A stretch of DNA of 64,000 bases from an uncultured bacterium (GTDB taxonomy: Bacteria; Fidelibacterota; Marinisomatia; Marinisomatales; JACNKV01), in the NCBI GenBank assembly GCA_964645915.1, contig CAZYDH010000004.1, positions 7,224 through 71,223 on the forward strand, read 5' to 3'. A model generated the notes under the pieces. It saw only the letters and a list, made by a program, of their open reading frames with translations, was not told the DNA's origin and ran no database searches. Position 1 is the first letter of the stretch, and the number at the start of each line of letters is the position of its first letter. Both the position numbers and the translations under genes were made by a program. Below are positions 25,856-34,986 of the stretch, piece by piece.

Positions 25856-26928
25856 AGCACCTCCAAAGATTGTACTATATCCTGATCTGATAGACTATCA
25901 TTCGTTATGGCATTTCCGATTCCATCGAGTAAGACAAAGTGAAGTTTGCCTTCATAATATTTTTTATCATGACGGATGGTTTTTAATATTTCATCATGAT
26001 CAGGGGTATCAAATTTTGGTAACGATAATTTTCTTAATGTTCCTTCAATTTCATTCCATTCACTTTTTGAAATCAATCCTTTTTTAAATGAAATATATCC
26101 ACTGCAGAGCATTCCGTAAGCCACAGCTTCACCATGTCTCAAAACACCATCATTGGTCAATGTCTCAAAAGCATGTCCGATCGTGTGTCCGAAATTCAAT
26201 ATTCTTCGCAGACCACTTTCATATTCATCAGTAGAAACGATGTTAGCTTTGATTTTACATGAACGTGCAATACTTTCTTCTAAAAGGGATTCATCGTTCA
26301 AATTATTTGGTAAAGAACCATCTGATATTTTTCGGAAGAATTCTTTATCCCTGATCAAACCATATTTAAGCATCTCAGCAAATCCGGACACTTTTTCTCT
26401 TTTAGGTAAAGTATCTAACAAATTAGGATCAATAATAACTTTTTTAGGTTGATAAATTGCACCCACCAAATTTTTTCCTTCAAGAAGATTTACTCCGGTT
26501 TTCCCTCCAATGGAGGAATCAATCATAGCTAATAAAGTCGTCGGAAATTGGATGTACTTGATCCCTCGCATATATGTGGATGCCACAAATCCGGTAACAT
26601 CTCCAACCACACCTCCACCCAAAGCAATCAATAGAGTATTTCGATCACAATTATTTGATAATAGCTGTCTATATAGTTTTTCTATTTGTGAAATAGATTT
26701 TGCTGACTCACCGCACGGAACTGTAATCAAATCACAAGGCAGTCCAACTTTTTTCATTGACATCAAAAGCAAAGTTCCATAGTCGTCCACAAGATTCGGC
26801 TGTGTTATTATCATCCATCGACTGACTTGATCCATCTTTGAATGACGATCTGCAAACGTAGATATAGCTCCTCTTTCAATATCAATCGAGTACGAACGTT
26901 GTTTAAGATTTACGGTGATAGACTGCAT
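25852..26928 (-). CDS. aroB: 3-dehydroquinate synthase
   Basis: 358 aa with LGGGVVGDVTGFVA, GGKTGVNL and HTIGHAFE blocks. Confidence 0.9.
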   Translation of the reverse strand: MQSITVNLKQRSYSIDIERGAISTFADRHSKMDQVSRWMIITQPNLVDDYGTLLLMSMKKVGLPCDLITVPCGESAKSISQIEKLYRQLLSNNCDRNTLLIALGGGVVGDVTGFVASTYMRGIKYIQFPTTLLAMIDSSIGGKTGVNLLEGKNLVGAIYQPKKVIIDPNLLDTLPKREKVSGFAEMLKYGLIRDKEFFRKISDGSLPNNLNDESLLEESIARSCKIKANIVSTDEYESGLRRILNFGHTIGHAFETLTNDGVLRHGEAVAYGMLCSGYISFKKGLISKSEWNEIEGTLRKLSLPKFDTPDHDEILKTIRHDKKYYEGKLHFVLLDGIGNAITNDSLSDQDIVQSLEVL

Positions 26929-26929
26929 A

Positions 26930-27466
26930 TTATTGATTCACTAGTTTACTAATTTCATTTACAACTTCAATCGGTGTCAAATCGTCTGTTATTATAGTGT
27001 GATCTGCTGTTTTCTCATAAAATGATCTCCGCTCTGACCAGATGGATTCCAACTGAGATAATAAAGGTTTGTCATGTTTCAACAGAGGTCTTTTTTCAAC
27101 ATTGCGAATTCGATGTTTGATAGTTTTTGGTTCAGCTTTTAACAGGATAGTCGTTCCATTTTTAGACATGATTTGTCGGTTCAATTTGTTCAGGACAATT
27201 CCCCCTCCGGTTGAAATGATCCTATCTTGTTTATCAGATATCCTTTTTAAAGTATCCGTTTCAATAATTCTAAAATGTTCTTTTCCATGAGTTTCAAATA
27301 TTTCCCGAATACTTTTGGCTTCTGTTAGTTCTATCTCTTCATCAATGTCGATGAATTCCAACCCTAATTCGCTTGCTGCGAGTTTTCCGACGGTGGTTTT
27401 CCAGCTTCCCATCATTCCGATGAGAAATATTGGTTTTTGGAGATTGATTTTTGATTTTTTCTTCAA
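26930..27466 (-). CDS. aroK: Shikimate kinase
   Basis: 178 aa with P-loop GMMGSWKTTVGK, DID and STGGG blocks. Confidence 0.85.
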   Translation of the reverse strand: MKKKSKINLQKPIFLIGMMGSWKTTVGKLAASELGLEFIDIDEEIELTEAKSIREIFETHGKEHFRIIETDTLKRISDKQDRIISTGGGIVLNKLNRQIMSKNGTTILLKAEPKTIKHRIRNVEKRPLLKHDKPLLSQLESIWSERRSFYEKTADHTIITDDLTPIEVVNEISKLVNQ

Positions 27467-27500
27467 GGTTTATTGAAGCATTTCTAATGTATTCTTAAAT

Positions 27501-28658
27501 CTAATTAAATCGATCTTTAATTGCGGAAATTGTATCTCCACCCGTCACTTCTAACAACGCATCTGCTAATACCAAACACACCATTGCTTCTCCAACAATG
27601 GAAGCTGCCGGAACCGCACAGGAGTCTGTCCGCTCTTTATGAGCTTTCGTTGGTTCTTTTGTATTAATATCAACCGATTTTAAAGGTTTGGTTAACGTTG
27701 GGATCGGTTTCATTACTGCCCGTAAAATAATCGGTTCACCATGACTTACTCCGCCTTCTATTCCACCGGAATTATTGGAATATCTAAAATAATCTTTCCC
27801 GTCAATTCCGATCTCATCATGTACTTCACTTCCAAATTGAGAAGCGAACCCAAATCCAAGACCTATTTCAACTCCTTTGATCGCATTAATGGACATAACA
27901 GCTTCTGTCAAACGCGAATTCAGTTTTCTATCCCAATGGACATATGAACCAAATCCTGTGGGAACTCCGGTTGCAATCACTTCAAAGACCCCACCTACTG
28001 AATCTCCATTCTTTTGGGCTCTTTGGATTACTTTAACCATTTTTGGTTCCACATCGGTATTCAAACATCTTACGAGAGATTTATCAGCTAGTTCATTCAA
28101 TTTTTCCGGATTCATATCTTCTGAAATCTTGGTTTGATCAATGACTTTATGAATCTGTGTCACTCGGCTTCCAACAGAAATTCCTACTTCTTTTAATAGT
28201 TTTCTACAAATCGATCCCAATGCAACCCTCATCGCAGTTTCACGCGCAGATGATCTTTCCAGCACATTTCGAATATCAGTAAATCCATATTTTTTTATAC
28301 CAGCTAAATCTGCATGTCCTGGTCGTGGAACCGTAACTGGTTTTATAGGATTCTCTTGGGGATCAATCGACATTCGTTCTTGCCAGTTTTCCCAATCTTT
28401 ATTTTGTATAAATAATCCGATCGGAGATCCTAATGTTTTTCCAAATCTTACCCCGGAAATGATTTCGGCATAATCCTGTTCGATCTTCATTCGCCCTCCA
28501 CGACCAAACCCCATTTGTCGTCGTGATAAATCTTTTTCAATCCATTTTTCTGATAATTCAAGCCCTGCGGGTAGCCCTTCGATAATCCCCATCAATCCTT
28601 TGCCATGGGATTCCCCTGCAGTCAAAAAACGTAATCTATTCATTACTCTGTTTCTCAA
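27501..28658 (-). CDS. aroC: Chorismate synthase
   Basis: FLTAGESHG, RPGHAD and GGxSxGE blocks. An alternative start at M6 (28643) is equally plausible. Confidence 0.9.
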   Translation of the reverse strand: MRNRVMNRLRFLTAGESHGKGLMGIIEGLPAGLELSEKWIEKDLSRRQMGFGRGGRMKIEQDYAEIISGVRFGKTLGSPIGLFIQNKDWENWQERMSIDPQENPIKPVTVPRPGHADLAGIKKYGFTDIRNVLERSSARETAMRVALGSICRKLLKEVGISVGSRVTQIHKVIDQTKISEDMNPEKLNELADKSLVRCLNTDVEPKMVKVIQRAQKNGDSVGGVFEVIATGVPTGFGSYVHWDRKLNSRLTEAVMSINAIKGVEIGLGFGFASQFGSEVHDEIGIDGKDYFRYSNNSGGIEGGVSHGEPIILRAVMKPIPTLTKPLKSVDINTKEPTKAHKERTDSCAVPAASIVGEAMVCLVLADALLEVTGGDTISAIKDRFN

Positions 28659-29484
28659 GATAATTATATAATTCGGTTTTGTTTACTTTTTTGGATAGTG
28701 ACTCATTAAACCAAATATCCAATGCGGACAGTCCTTGATACATCAACATAGACAGTCCCCCAATCGATCTTCCACCGATTTCATGATTCAATTTACGGAA
28801 TTGTGACCATACAGGGGTGTAAACGATATCAACAGCTATTTGAGTTGGAAATACATATTCTTTATACATCGGATTTTGATGCACTTGAGGAGACATTCCA
28901 ACCGATGTTCCGTTAATGATGACTGATGATTTTAAAATTTTGGATGGAATATTTTCCCAGGTTGCAACAGTCATTTTTTGTTTAGGAAACTGTTTCCGCA
29001 TGTCTTTTATTAATGATCGAGCTTTTTCTTCGGTTCGGTTAATAATCCAAATCTTATTTGCATTTTCAACGGATAGACCATACAAGATCGCTCTTGCTGC
29101 ACCTCCTGCACCCAATAAAATGAAGTCCCTATTCTGAATATCAATATTTAATGACGAAAGTGAATAAATGAATCCTATCCAATCTGTATTATAGCCAATT
29201 AATCTTCCACCTTCTCTGGAAATACAATTAACCGCACCAATATTTTTTGCATGTTCATCTAGTTTGTCTAAAAAGGGGATAACTTTTTGTTTATATGGGA
29301 TCGTGACGTTCAACCCTTCATATAATCCATTTCTAATATCAGAAATAACACTGCTTAATTCATGCTCTTTCACAGGATGGGCTTGGTGATTAGCATTCAA
29401 ATTCAAATCGCCGAATATTCGTCTATACATTGCCGGACTTAAACTATGTTCTACTGGATTACCGATTACTGCATATTGTTTCAT
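28636..29484 (-). CDS. aroE: Shikimate dehydrogenase
   Basis: 282 aa with GNPVEHSLSPAMY, NVTIPYK, NTDWIGF and GAGGAARA blocks. Confidence 0.85.
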   Translation of the reverse strand: MKQYAVIGNPVEHSLSPAMYRRIFGDLNLNANHQAHPVKEHELSSVISDIRNGLYEGLNVTIPYKQKVIPFLDKLDEHAKNIGAVNCISREGGRLIGYNTDWIGFIYSLSSLNIDIQNRDFILLGAGGAARAILYGLSVENANKIWIINRTEEKARSLIKDMRKQFPKQKMTVATWENIPSKILKSSVIINGTSVGMSPQVHQNPMYKEYVFPTQIAVDIVYTPVWSQFRKLNHEIGGRSIGGLSMLMYQGLSALDIWFNESLSKKVNKTELYNYLEKQSNE

Positions 29485-30623
29485 TATAGACGCTCAAATG
29501 CTTGATTTAAAATCTCTTCATTTGCACAAAGAGACACTCGAATAAATTCTTTACCCTGATTTCCTAATACCGACCCGGGAGTCACAAAAATATGGTGTTT
29601 CTTTAGTAACCAATCTGAAAATTCATCAGCATTTTTATATTTGTAGGGGATACTTGTCCACACAAACATCCCCGATTGATTATTCGAATATTTACATCCC
29701 AGTTTATCCAGAATTTGATAGACAATATTACGCCTTTTTTCATAGGCCATATTTAGTTCAGAAATCCATTCTTCTGAACTATTTAATGCCTTGATTGCAG
29801 CTTGTTGAATAGGGTAAAATAAACCTGAATCAACATGACTTCTTATATTAAGAACTGATTGTATTGCACTTGAAGATCCCGCCATTAATCCCACACGCCA
29901 CCCGGACATATTAAATGTTTTACTTAATGAATTTAATTCTATTGCTGTTTCCTTTGCGTTGGAGACTGATAAAATGCTATTCTGTGAATTATTTAAAATA
30001 AACCCATATGGATTATCATGACAAATCAGAACGTCATTTGACAATCCAAATTCAACTAACTTTTCAAATAATCTATGATTACCTTTTGCTCCTGTTGGCA
30101 TATGCGGATAATTCACCCACATCATTTTTACTTTACTTAAATCTTGATTTCTAATTTGATCTAGATCAGGTAACCATCCATTTTTCTCAGTCAGTAAATA
30201 TGATTTTGGAATTGCATCCGCGATAATTGTAGCATTTTTATATGTTGGATAACCCGGATCCGGGACAAGAACAATATCCCCGGGATTCAGAAAAGCTAGA
30301 GAAATAAAATTAATTCCTTCTTTGGAACCTGCTAAAGGGAGAATCTCATTTTTTGGAGATAATTTGACGTTAAAATATTTTAAATACCACTTAGAAATCG
30401 CTTCTCGTAATTCCAGTGAACTTCTGTAGGGTTGATATCCATGAAAATCAGATTGATTGGCAGTATTTGTAAGCGTAGCAATAACCGCTTGAGGAGGTTG
30501 CATGTCCGGATTTCCCAAACCTAAATTGATTAATGGTGGATTACCCAACTCCTCAATCTCTTGAAGTTTTTTTGAGAAATAATATTCTCCTATTGAAGCT
30601 GTTCTCTTTGATGGATTAATCAT
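29484..30623 (-). CDS. PLP-dependent class I/II aminotransferase (probable aromatic/prephenate aminotransferase by context)
   Basis: 379 aa with the SLSKTFNMSGWRVG PLP-lysine block. It is embedded in the aro operon with 1-nt and 8-nt overlaps to its neighbours. Confidence 0.7.
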   Translation of the reverse strand: MINPSKRTASIGEYYFSKKLQEIEELGNPPLINLGLGNPDMQPPQAVIATLTNTANQSDFHGYQPYRSSLELREAISKWYLKYFNVKLSPKNEILPLAGSKEGINFISLAFLNPGDIVLVPDPGYPTYKNATIIADAIPKSYLLTEKNGWLPDLDQIRNQDLSKVKMMWVNYPHMPTGAKGNHRLFEKLVEFGLSNDVLICHDNPYGFILNNSQNSILSVSNAKETAIELNSLSKTFNMSGWRVGLMAGSSSAIQSVLNIRSHVDSGLFYPIQQAAIKALNSSEEWISELNMAYEKRRNIVYQILDKLGCKYSNNQSGMFVWTSIPYKYKNADEFSDWLLKKHHIFVTPGSVLGNQGKEFIRVSLCANEEILNQAFERL

Positions 30624-31878
30624 GTTTTTCCATCACACTTTCCAACGCTTCAAAAAACTGAGGATAGGATATATTAACACAATTTTTATTATCTAGAACG
30701 ATTTCACCTTTTGCGATTAATCCAGCAATAGTAAATGCCATAGCAATTCGATGATCGCGAAATGTATTTATTTTTCCACCCTTAAGTTTTGTAGGTCCTT
30801 GAATGATAAAACCATCATCTAATTCTGTAATAGAAGCACCCATTGAAAGTAAATTTGAACAAATTGCATGAAGTCTGTCACATTCTTTAACTCGTAATTC
30901 CTCAGCTCCTCTAACTTCTGTGATACCTTCTGCTTGAGTTGCTAAAATGGCTAAAATTGGTAGTTCATCAATCAATCCAGGAATGGCTTCATTATCTAAA
31001 GTTATTCCACGCAATTCAGAATGTTTAATATGGATATCTCCCCTCGATTCCCCACATTCAGTTCTTTCATTATCAATTTTTATATTTCCGCCCATTTGTT
31101 TTAACACAGAGAAAAAACCGATTCGAGTAGGATTGATCGAAACATCACTCAAAACAAGATCTGATCCTTTAACTAATGTAGGTGCGGCTGCGAAAAAAGC
31201 TGCAGTTGAAGGATCAGCCGGAACAAACATATTAAATGGGGATAATTTACTTTTAAACGGAGAAATTGTGATTTCATTTCCATTTATTCGAATGTCGGCA
31301 TTCATGTTCAATAACATCTGCTCAGTATGATCGCGGGTCTTAATTGGTTCTATAACGGTTGTAGGTTCATCTGCTTTTAAACCGGCAAGGAGGACCGCTG
31401 ATTTTACCTGAGCACTTGCAATCGAGGGTGAATATTGGATCCCGTTCAATTTTACCGATTCTAATAATATCGGAAGATGTTCTTTTGTGCTTTTAATATT
31501 TGCACCCATTTGTGTTAATGGATCCATAATTCGTTTCATCGGACGTTTGGATAAAGATGCATCTCCTACAAATTTTGCTTTTATCCCCTGCCCTGCTAAT
31601 AATCCAATCAATAATCGAACAGTTGTTCCGGAATTACCACAATCCAAATCCATCGTGGGATGTTGAAATGGTCCACCGTTTATTAATAAAGTTGACCCAT
31701 CTTCTTCAATTTTTATTCCACACGATTCTAAGCATTTTCTAGTTGAATCAACATCCACTCCTGTAGATAAATTTGTAATTTGGCATTGTCCATCGGCTAA
31801 AGCCGCCAACATCAATGCTCGGTGTGAGATTGATTTATCTCCCGGAAATGTTAATTTACCACTTATCGCCATCTTCAA
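30616..31878 (-). CDS. aroA: 3-phosphoshikimate 1-carboxyvinyltransferase (EPSP synthase)
   Basis: 420 aa with PGDKSISHRALMLAAL, NSGTTVRLL and DHRIAMAF blocks. Confidence 0.9.
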   Translation of the reverse strand: MKMAISGKLTFPGDKSISHRALMLAALADGQCQITNLSTGVDVDSTRKCLESCGIKIEEDGSTLLINGGPFQHPTMDLDCGNSGTTVRLLIGLLAGQGIKAKFVGDASLSKRPMKRIMDPLTQMGANIKSTKEHLPILLESVKLNGIQYSPSIASAQVKSAVLLAGLKADEPTTVIEPIKTRDHTEQMLLNMNADIRINGNEITISPFKSKLSPFNMFVPADPSTAAFFAAAPTLVKGSDLVLSDVSINPTRIGFFSVLKQMGGNIKIDNERTECGESRGDIHIKHSELRGITLDNEAIPGLIDELPILAILATQAEGITEVRGAEELRVKECDRLHAICSNLLSMGASITELDDGFIIQGPTKLKGGKINTFRDHRIAMAFTIAGLIAKGEIVLDNKNCVNISYPQFFEALESVMEKHD

Positions 31879-33217
31879 TTCGGTTCAATTCTTCAGAGGC
31901 AAGAAATGCTAATTCAATCGCTTGACTCGCATTCAACCTCGGATCACAATGAGTGCGGTAGCGATTTGTTAAATCTTTTTCAGAAATATCTGCGATTCCT
32001 CCTGTACATTCGGTCACGTTTTGTCCTGTCATTTCCAAATGGAGCCCCCCCGCGTGTGTTCCTTCAGTGCGATGGATTCTTATATTATGTTTTACCTCCG
32101 TCAACACATGGTCAAATGGACGTGTTTTCAATTCCCCACTACTTTTTATTGTATTCCCGTGCATCGGATCGCAGGACCACACAACTGTTCGTCCTTCAGA
32201 TTCAATCCTATTGATTATCTTTGGTAAAATATCACAGATTTTATTATGCCCAAATCGAGTAATTAATGTAATTCTCCCTGGGATATCATTTGGATTAAGA
32301 ATATCCAATAATTTTACTAATTCATCTAAATCTGTTTTCGGTCCACATTTAATACCGATCGGATTTTCAATTCCTCTGCAAAACTCAACATGTGCACTGT
32401 CAATAAACCGAGTTCTGTCACCAATCCATACAAAATGTGCTGAGGTATTGTATACTAAACCCGTTATGGAATCTTGTCGTGTTAATGCTTCTTCAAAGGG
32501 TAGTAAAAGCGCTTCATGGCTTGTATAAAAATCAACTTTTCGCAACTGGGAAGTATTATTTGACGTGATACCCAGTGCTTCCATAAAATGCAAATTCTCC
32601 TGAATTTGATCTGCCAAATGTCTGTATCGATCTCCCTGCGGATCACTTTTTACGAAACCCATATTCCAAGAATGAACATGTTTTAGATCAGCATATCCTC
32701 CATCGGCAAATGCTCTTAAGAGATTTAAAGTTGAAGCTGATTGAGAATACGCTTTAAGCATCCGTGATGGATTTGGTTTTCTATTTTCTAAATCAAACTC
32801 GATACCATTTATAATATCTCCCATATAACTTGGTAACGTTTCATCACCTTGTGTTTCGGTAGGAAATGATCTTGGCTTAGCAAACTGTCCGGCAATTCTT
32901 CCCATTCGTACGATGGGAAGCCTTGTCCCATGGGTAAGAATGGCTGCCATCTGTAGAATCACTCTAAATGTATCCCTTATTGAATCCGCGTTGAATTCTG
33001 TAAAACTTTCGGCACAATCTCCTCCCTGCAAAAGGAAACCATTTCCCTCGGCAACTTTTGCAAGAGAGTCTCTTAGCAAACGGACTTCACCGGCAAATAC
33101 TAATGGTGGAAAGTCTCCTAATACTTTTACAACTTTGTCTAACTTATTTTTGTCAGAATATTCCGGAGCATATTTAACAGTAAAATTCTTCCAACTATCT
33201 TTTTGCCAAGGGTTCAT
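31856..33217 (-). CDS. Class II (plant/actinobacterial type) 3-deoxy-7-phosphoheptulonate (DAHP) synthase
   Basis: 453 aa. Its length and blocks (QGGDCAESF, RMGRIAGQFAKPRS, WIGDRTR, DPMHGNT) fit type II DAHPS. Confidence 0.85.
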   Translation of the reverse strand: MNPWQKDSWKNFTVKYAPEYSDKNKLDKVVKVLGDFPPLVFAGEVRLLRDSLAKVAEGNGFLLQGGDCAESFTEFNADSIRDTFRVILQMAAILTHGTRLPIVRMGRIAGQFAKPRSFPTETQGDETLPSYMGDIINGIEFDLENRKPNPSRMLKAYSQSASTLNLLRAFADGGYADLKHVHSWNMGFVKSDPQGDRYRHLADQIQENLHFMEALGITSNNTSQLRKVDFYTSHEALLLPFEEALTRQDSITGLVYNTSAHFVWIGDRTRFIDSAHVEFCRGIENPIGIKCGPKTDLDELVKLLDILNPNDIPGRITLITRFGHNKICDILPKIINRIESEGRTVVWSCDPMHGNTIKSSGELKTRPFDHVLTEVKHNIRIHRTEGTHAGGLHLEMTGQNVTECTGGIADISEKDLTNRYRTHCDPRLNASQAIELAFLASEELNRIEDGDKW

Positions 33218-33218
33218 T

Positions 33219-33941
33219 TCATTTATTATTTAATTGTTTATGAAGTGTCTCGGTAGAACCGATTAATTTTTTGATCATATCTTGAGTAAATGGATTATAG
33301 CGTTGAAGGTCCGAATATAGTTCCCACGAGTCATGGCAGGTTTGTTCGACTAAATCTAATAAATCTCTAAATCCTTGTGTATCGATCATGGTTTTTTTTA
33401 TTCCAAATTCTTTTAACATTCTTCCTAAAAAATGAGTTACTCCCTGAGTGTTAGCAGCCAAACGATCATGTTCTTCAGGTGATATTTCTATTATCTGCAT
33501 TCCTTGATCTCGGAAAAAACGCTTCCAGAATTTAAATTGATTTTGGGTATCTCTGGTATTATTCATCATCATTTTTAAACGATTGTTAGATAGAAATGAA
33601 TCCGGTCCAAACATCGGATGAGTTGCAATAATTCCAACTGAGACGGGTAACTTACTAAGCATAACCTTCGCCGGATGAATTTTAACTGAACACACATCAA
33701 CAACCGTTGTGTTTTCTCTCAACAAAGGAGATATCTTCTCAATGGTTGCATCAAATTTATTGATAGGAACTGCGATAAAGATCACTTTCTCTTCAAGAAC
33801 TTTATCGAGTGATACAAACTCAACACCAGAGAAAGGAGACTGTGACTTTGGATCATATACTTTGATCGGAAATCCTTTTTGAAGAATGTTGGCTAATACT
33901 TTACCAAATCTCCCAAATCCAATTATACCTACGCTATTCAT
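33219..33941 (-). CDS. tyrA: Prephenate/arogenate dehydrogenase (short form, no ACT domain)
   Basis: 240 aa with the N-terminal Rossmann motif GIIGFGRFG and the ATHPMFGP block. Confidence 0.75.
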   Translation of the reverse strand: MNSVGIIGFGRFGKVLANILQKGFPIKVYDPKSQSPFSGVEFVSLDKVLEEKVIFIAVPINKFDATIEKISPLLRENTTVVDVCSVKIHPAKVMLSKLPVSVGIIATHPMFGPDSFLSNNRLKMMMNNTRDTQNQFKFWKRFFRDQGMQIIEISPEEHDRLAANTQGVTHFLGRMLKEFGIKKTMIDTQGFRDLLDLVEQTCHDSWELYSDLQRYNPFTQDMIKKLIGSTETLHKQLNNK

Positions 33942-34510
33942 TGTGTATCCATCCTCTTTACTCCTAAGAATAATGTCAAATTATGTTTCAAATCGTGAAT
34001 ACTTTCTTTTAACACATCTAATCCATAAAGGTCCGCACACGATTTGCTGGCAATGACACCTGCCGTTTTGGGTAATTTTCCTTCTGAAAGTCTTCGAGCA
34101 GCTTCTGCTGTATCATCTTCTTCTATAAGAGGTCGTGTCCAAAAATGTTCACTCAAATAATCCTTGCATTGTCGGAGTGCCTGTTGGTGTGAATGTATCT
34201 CGGTAATATCGCCAACATAAGTTCCCACAAGCCCTAGAAGGTTTTGGTCCACAGGAATATGAAACATTTCAATGATCTCACAACGATATTTTGCTAAGGC
34301 TTCTACACTTTCAATAACAACACCTCCTTGGGCATTTTCCATGGCAAAGATACCATAATCAGTTTCCCCAGTTTCAACGTTTGCAAGAACATGTTCAGAT
34401 GAAATCTGATAAACTATTTTAACTCCTTCCAGACCATGGTTATATGCGAACTCGTGAGCTGCTTGTTCGGAGAAGCTACCTTTTCCACCTTGTATCCCAA
34501 TTTGGATCAT
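33938..34510 (-). CDS. pheA: Prephenate dehydratase, catalytic PDT domain only (no ACT regulatory domain)
   Basis: The QGGKGSFSEQAA block. The protein ends just after the NLTLF (N-x-TRF-like) motif where the ACT domain normally begins. I place the start at M7 of the track ORF (AAAGGAAAT RBS 5-6 nt upstream); the M1 ATG abuts the terminator U-tract. Confidence 0.75.
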   Translation of the reverse strand: MIQIGIQGGKGSFSEQAAHEFAYNHGLEGVKIVYQISSEHVLANVETGETDYGIFAMENAQGGVVIESVEALAKYRCEIIEMFHIPVDQNLLGLVGTYVGDITEIHSHQQALRQCKDYLSEHFWTRPLIEEDDTAEAARRLSEGKLPKTAGVIASKSCADLYGLDVLKESIHDLKHNLTLFLGVKRMDTQ

Positions 34511-34531
34511 TATTTCATTTCCTTTCATTAA

Positions 34532-34557
34532 TAAAAAACCCCGAAAATTTCGGGGTT
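34532..34557 (-). terminator. Strong intrinsic terminator immediately upstream of pheA (candidate attenuator terminator)
   Basis: The minus strand reads AACCCCGAAATTTTCGGGGTTTTTTAT: a GC-rich stem plus a 6-U tract, ending about 20 nt before the pheA start codon. Confidence 0.65.
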
Positions 34558-34587
34558 AGGCTCACTGACTTTAAATACACGTATGAT

Positions 34588-34647
34588 TCAATGGCAGTTT
34601 CCCAACCCATACACAATATATTTAAAGTAATAACATCTTGTTTTCAT
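34588..34647 (-). CDS. Candidate Tyr/Phe-rich leader peptide (19 aa: MKTRCYYFKYIVYGLGNCH)
   Basis: Hand translation of the minus strand. 5 of residues 6-13 are Tyr/Phe. It lies between chorismate mutase and the terminator and is too short for the ORF track. No clear SD. Confidence 0.35.
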   Translation of the reverse strand: MKTRCYYFKYIVYGLGNCH

Positions 34648-34688
34648 GATATTCAAGTTAATTGAAGAAATCCAGTTATTGCAAGTGA

Positions 34689-34961
34689 TTATTTTTCGTG
34701 CTGAACATCTTTCGCTGTTTGAAAGATCGAAGTGAATATTCGTTTGATTTGTTTACGCGTCAATGGGTCATTCGTTTGATTATATAAACGATTTAATATT
34801 GCTTTTTCACGTTCAGTATCTTCAATATTCATCTCGGCTTTCTTTTTTAACTCACCTACTGAACGAGCAATATCCATTCTCTTCACCAAAAGATCAAGAA
34901 GCTCATGATCTATCTTATCAATTTTATCCCGTAAATATTTGAGAGTTTTTTCTTGTTCCAT
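34689..34961 (-). CDS. Chorismate mutase (AroQ class, monofunctional)
   Basis: 90 aa. LRDKIDKIDHELLDLLVKRMDIARSVGELKK matches the helical CM_2 domain pattern. Confidence 0.85.
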   Translation of the reverse strand: MEQEKTLKYLRDKIDKIDHELLDLLVKRMDIARSVGELKKKAEMNIEDTEREKAILNRLYNQTNDPLTRKQIKRIFTSIFQTAKDVQHEK

Positions 34962-34986
34962 ATGCAGACAAAGTGGAGATGAAAAA

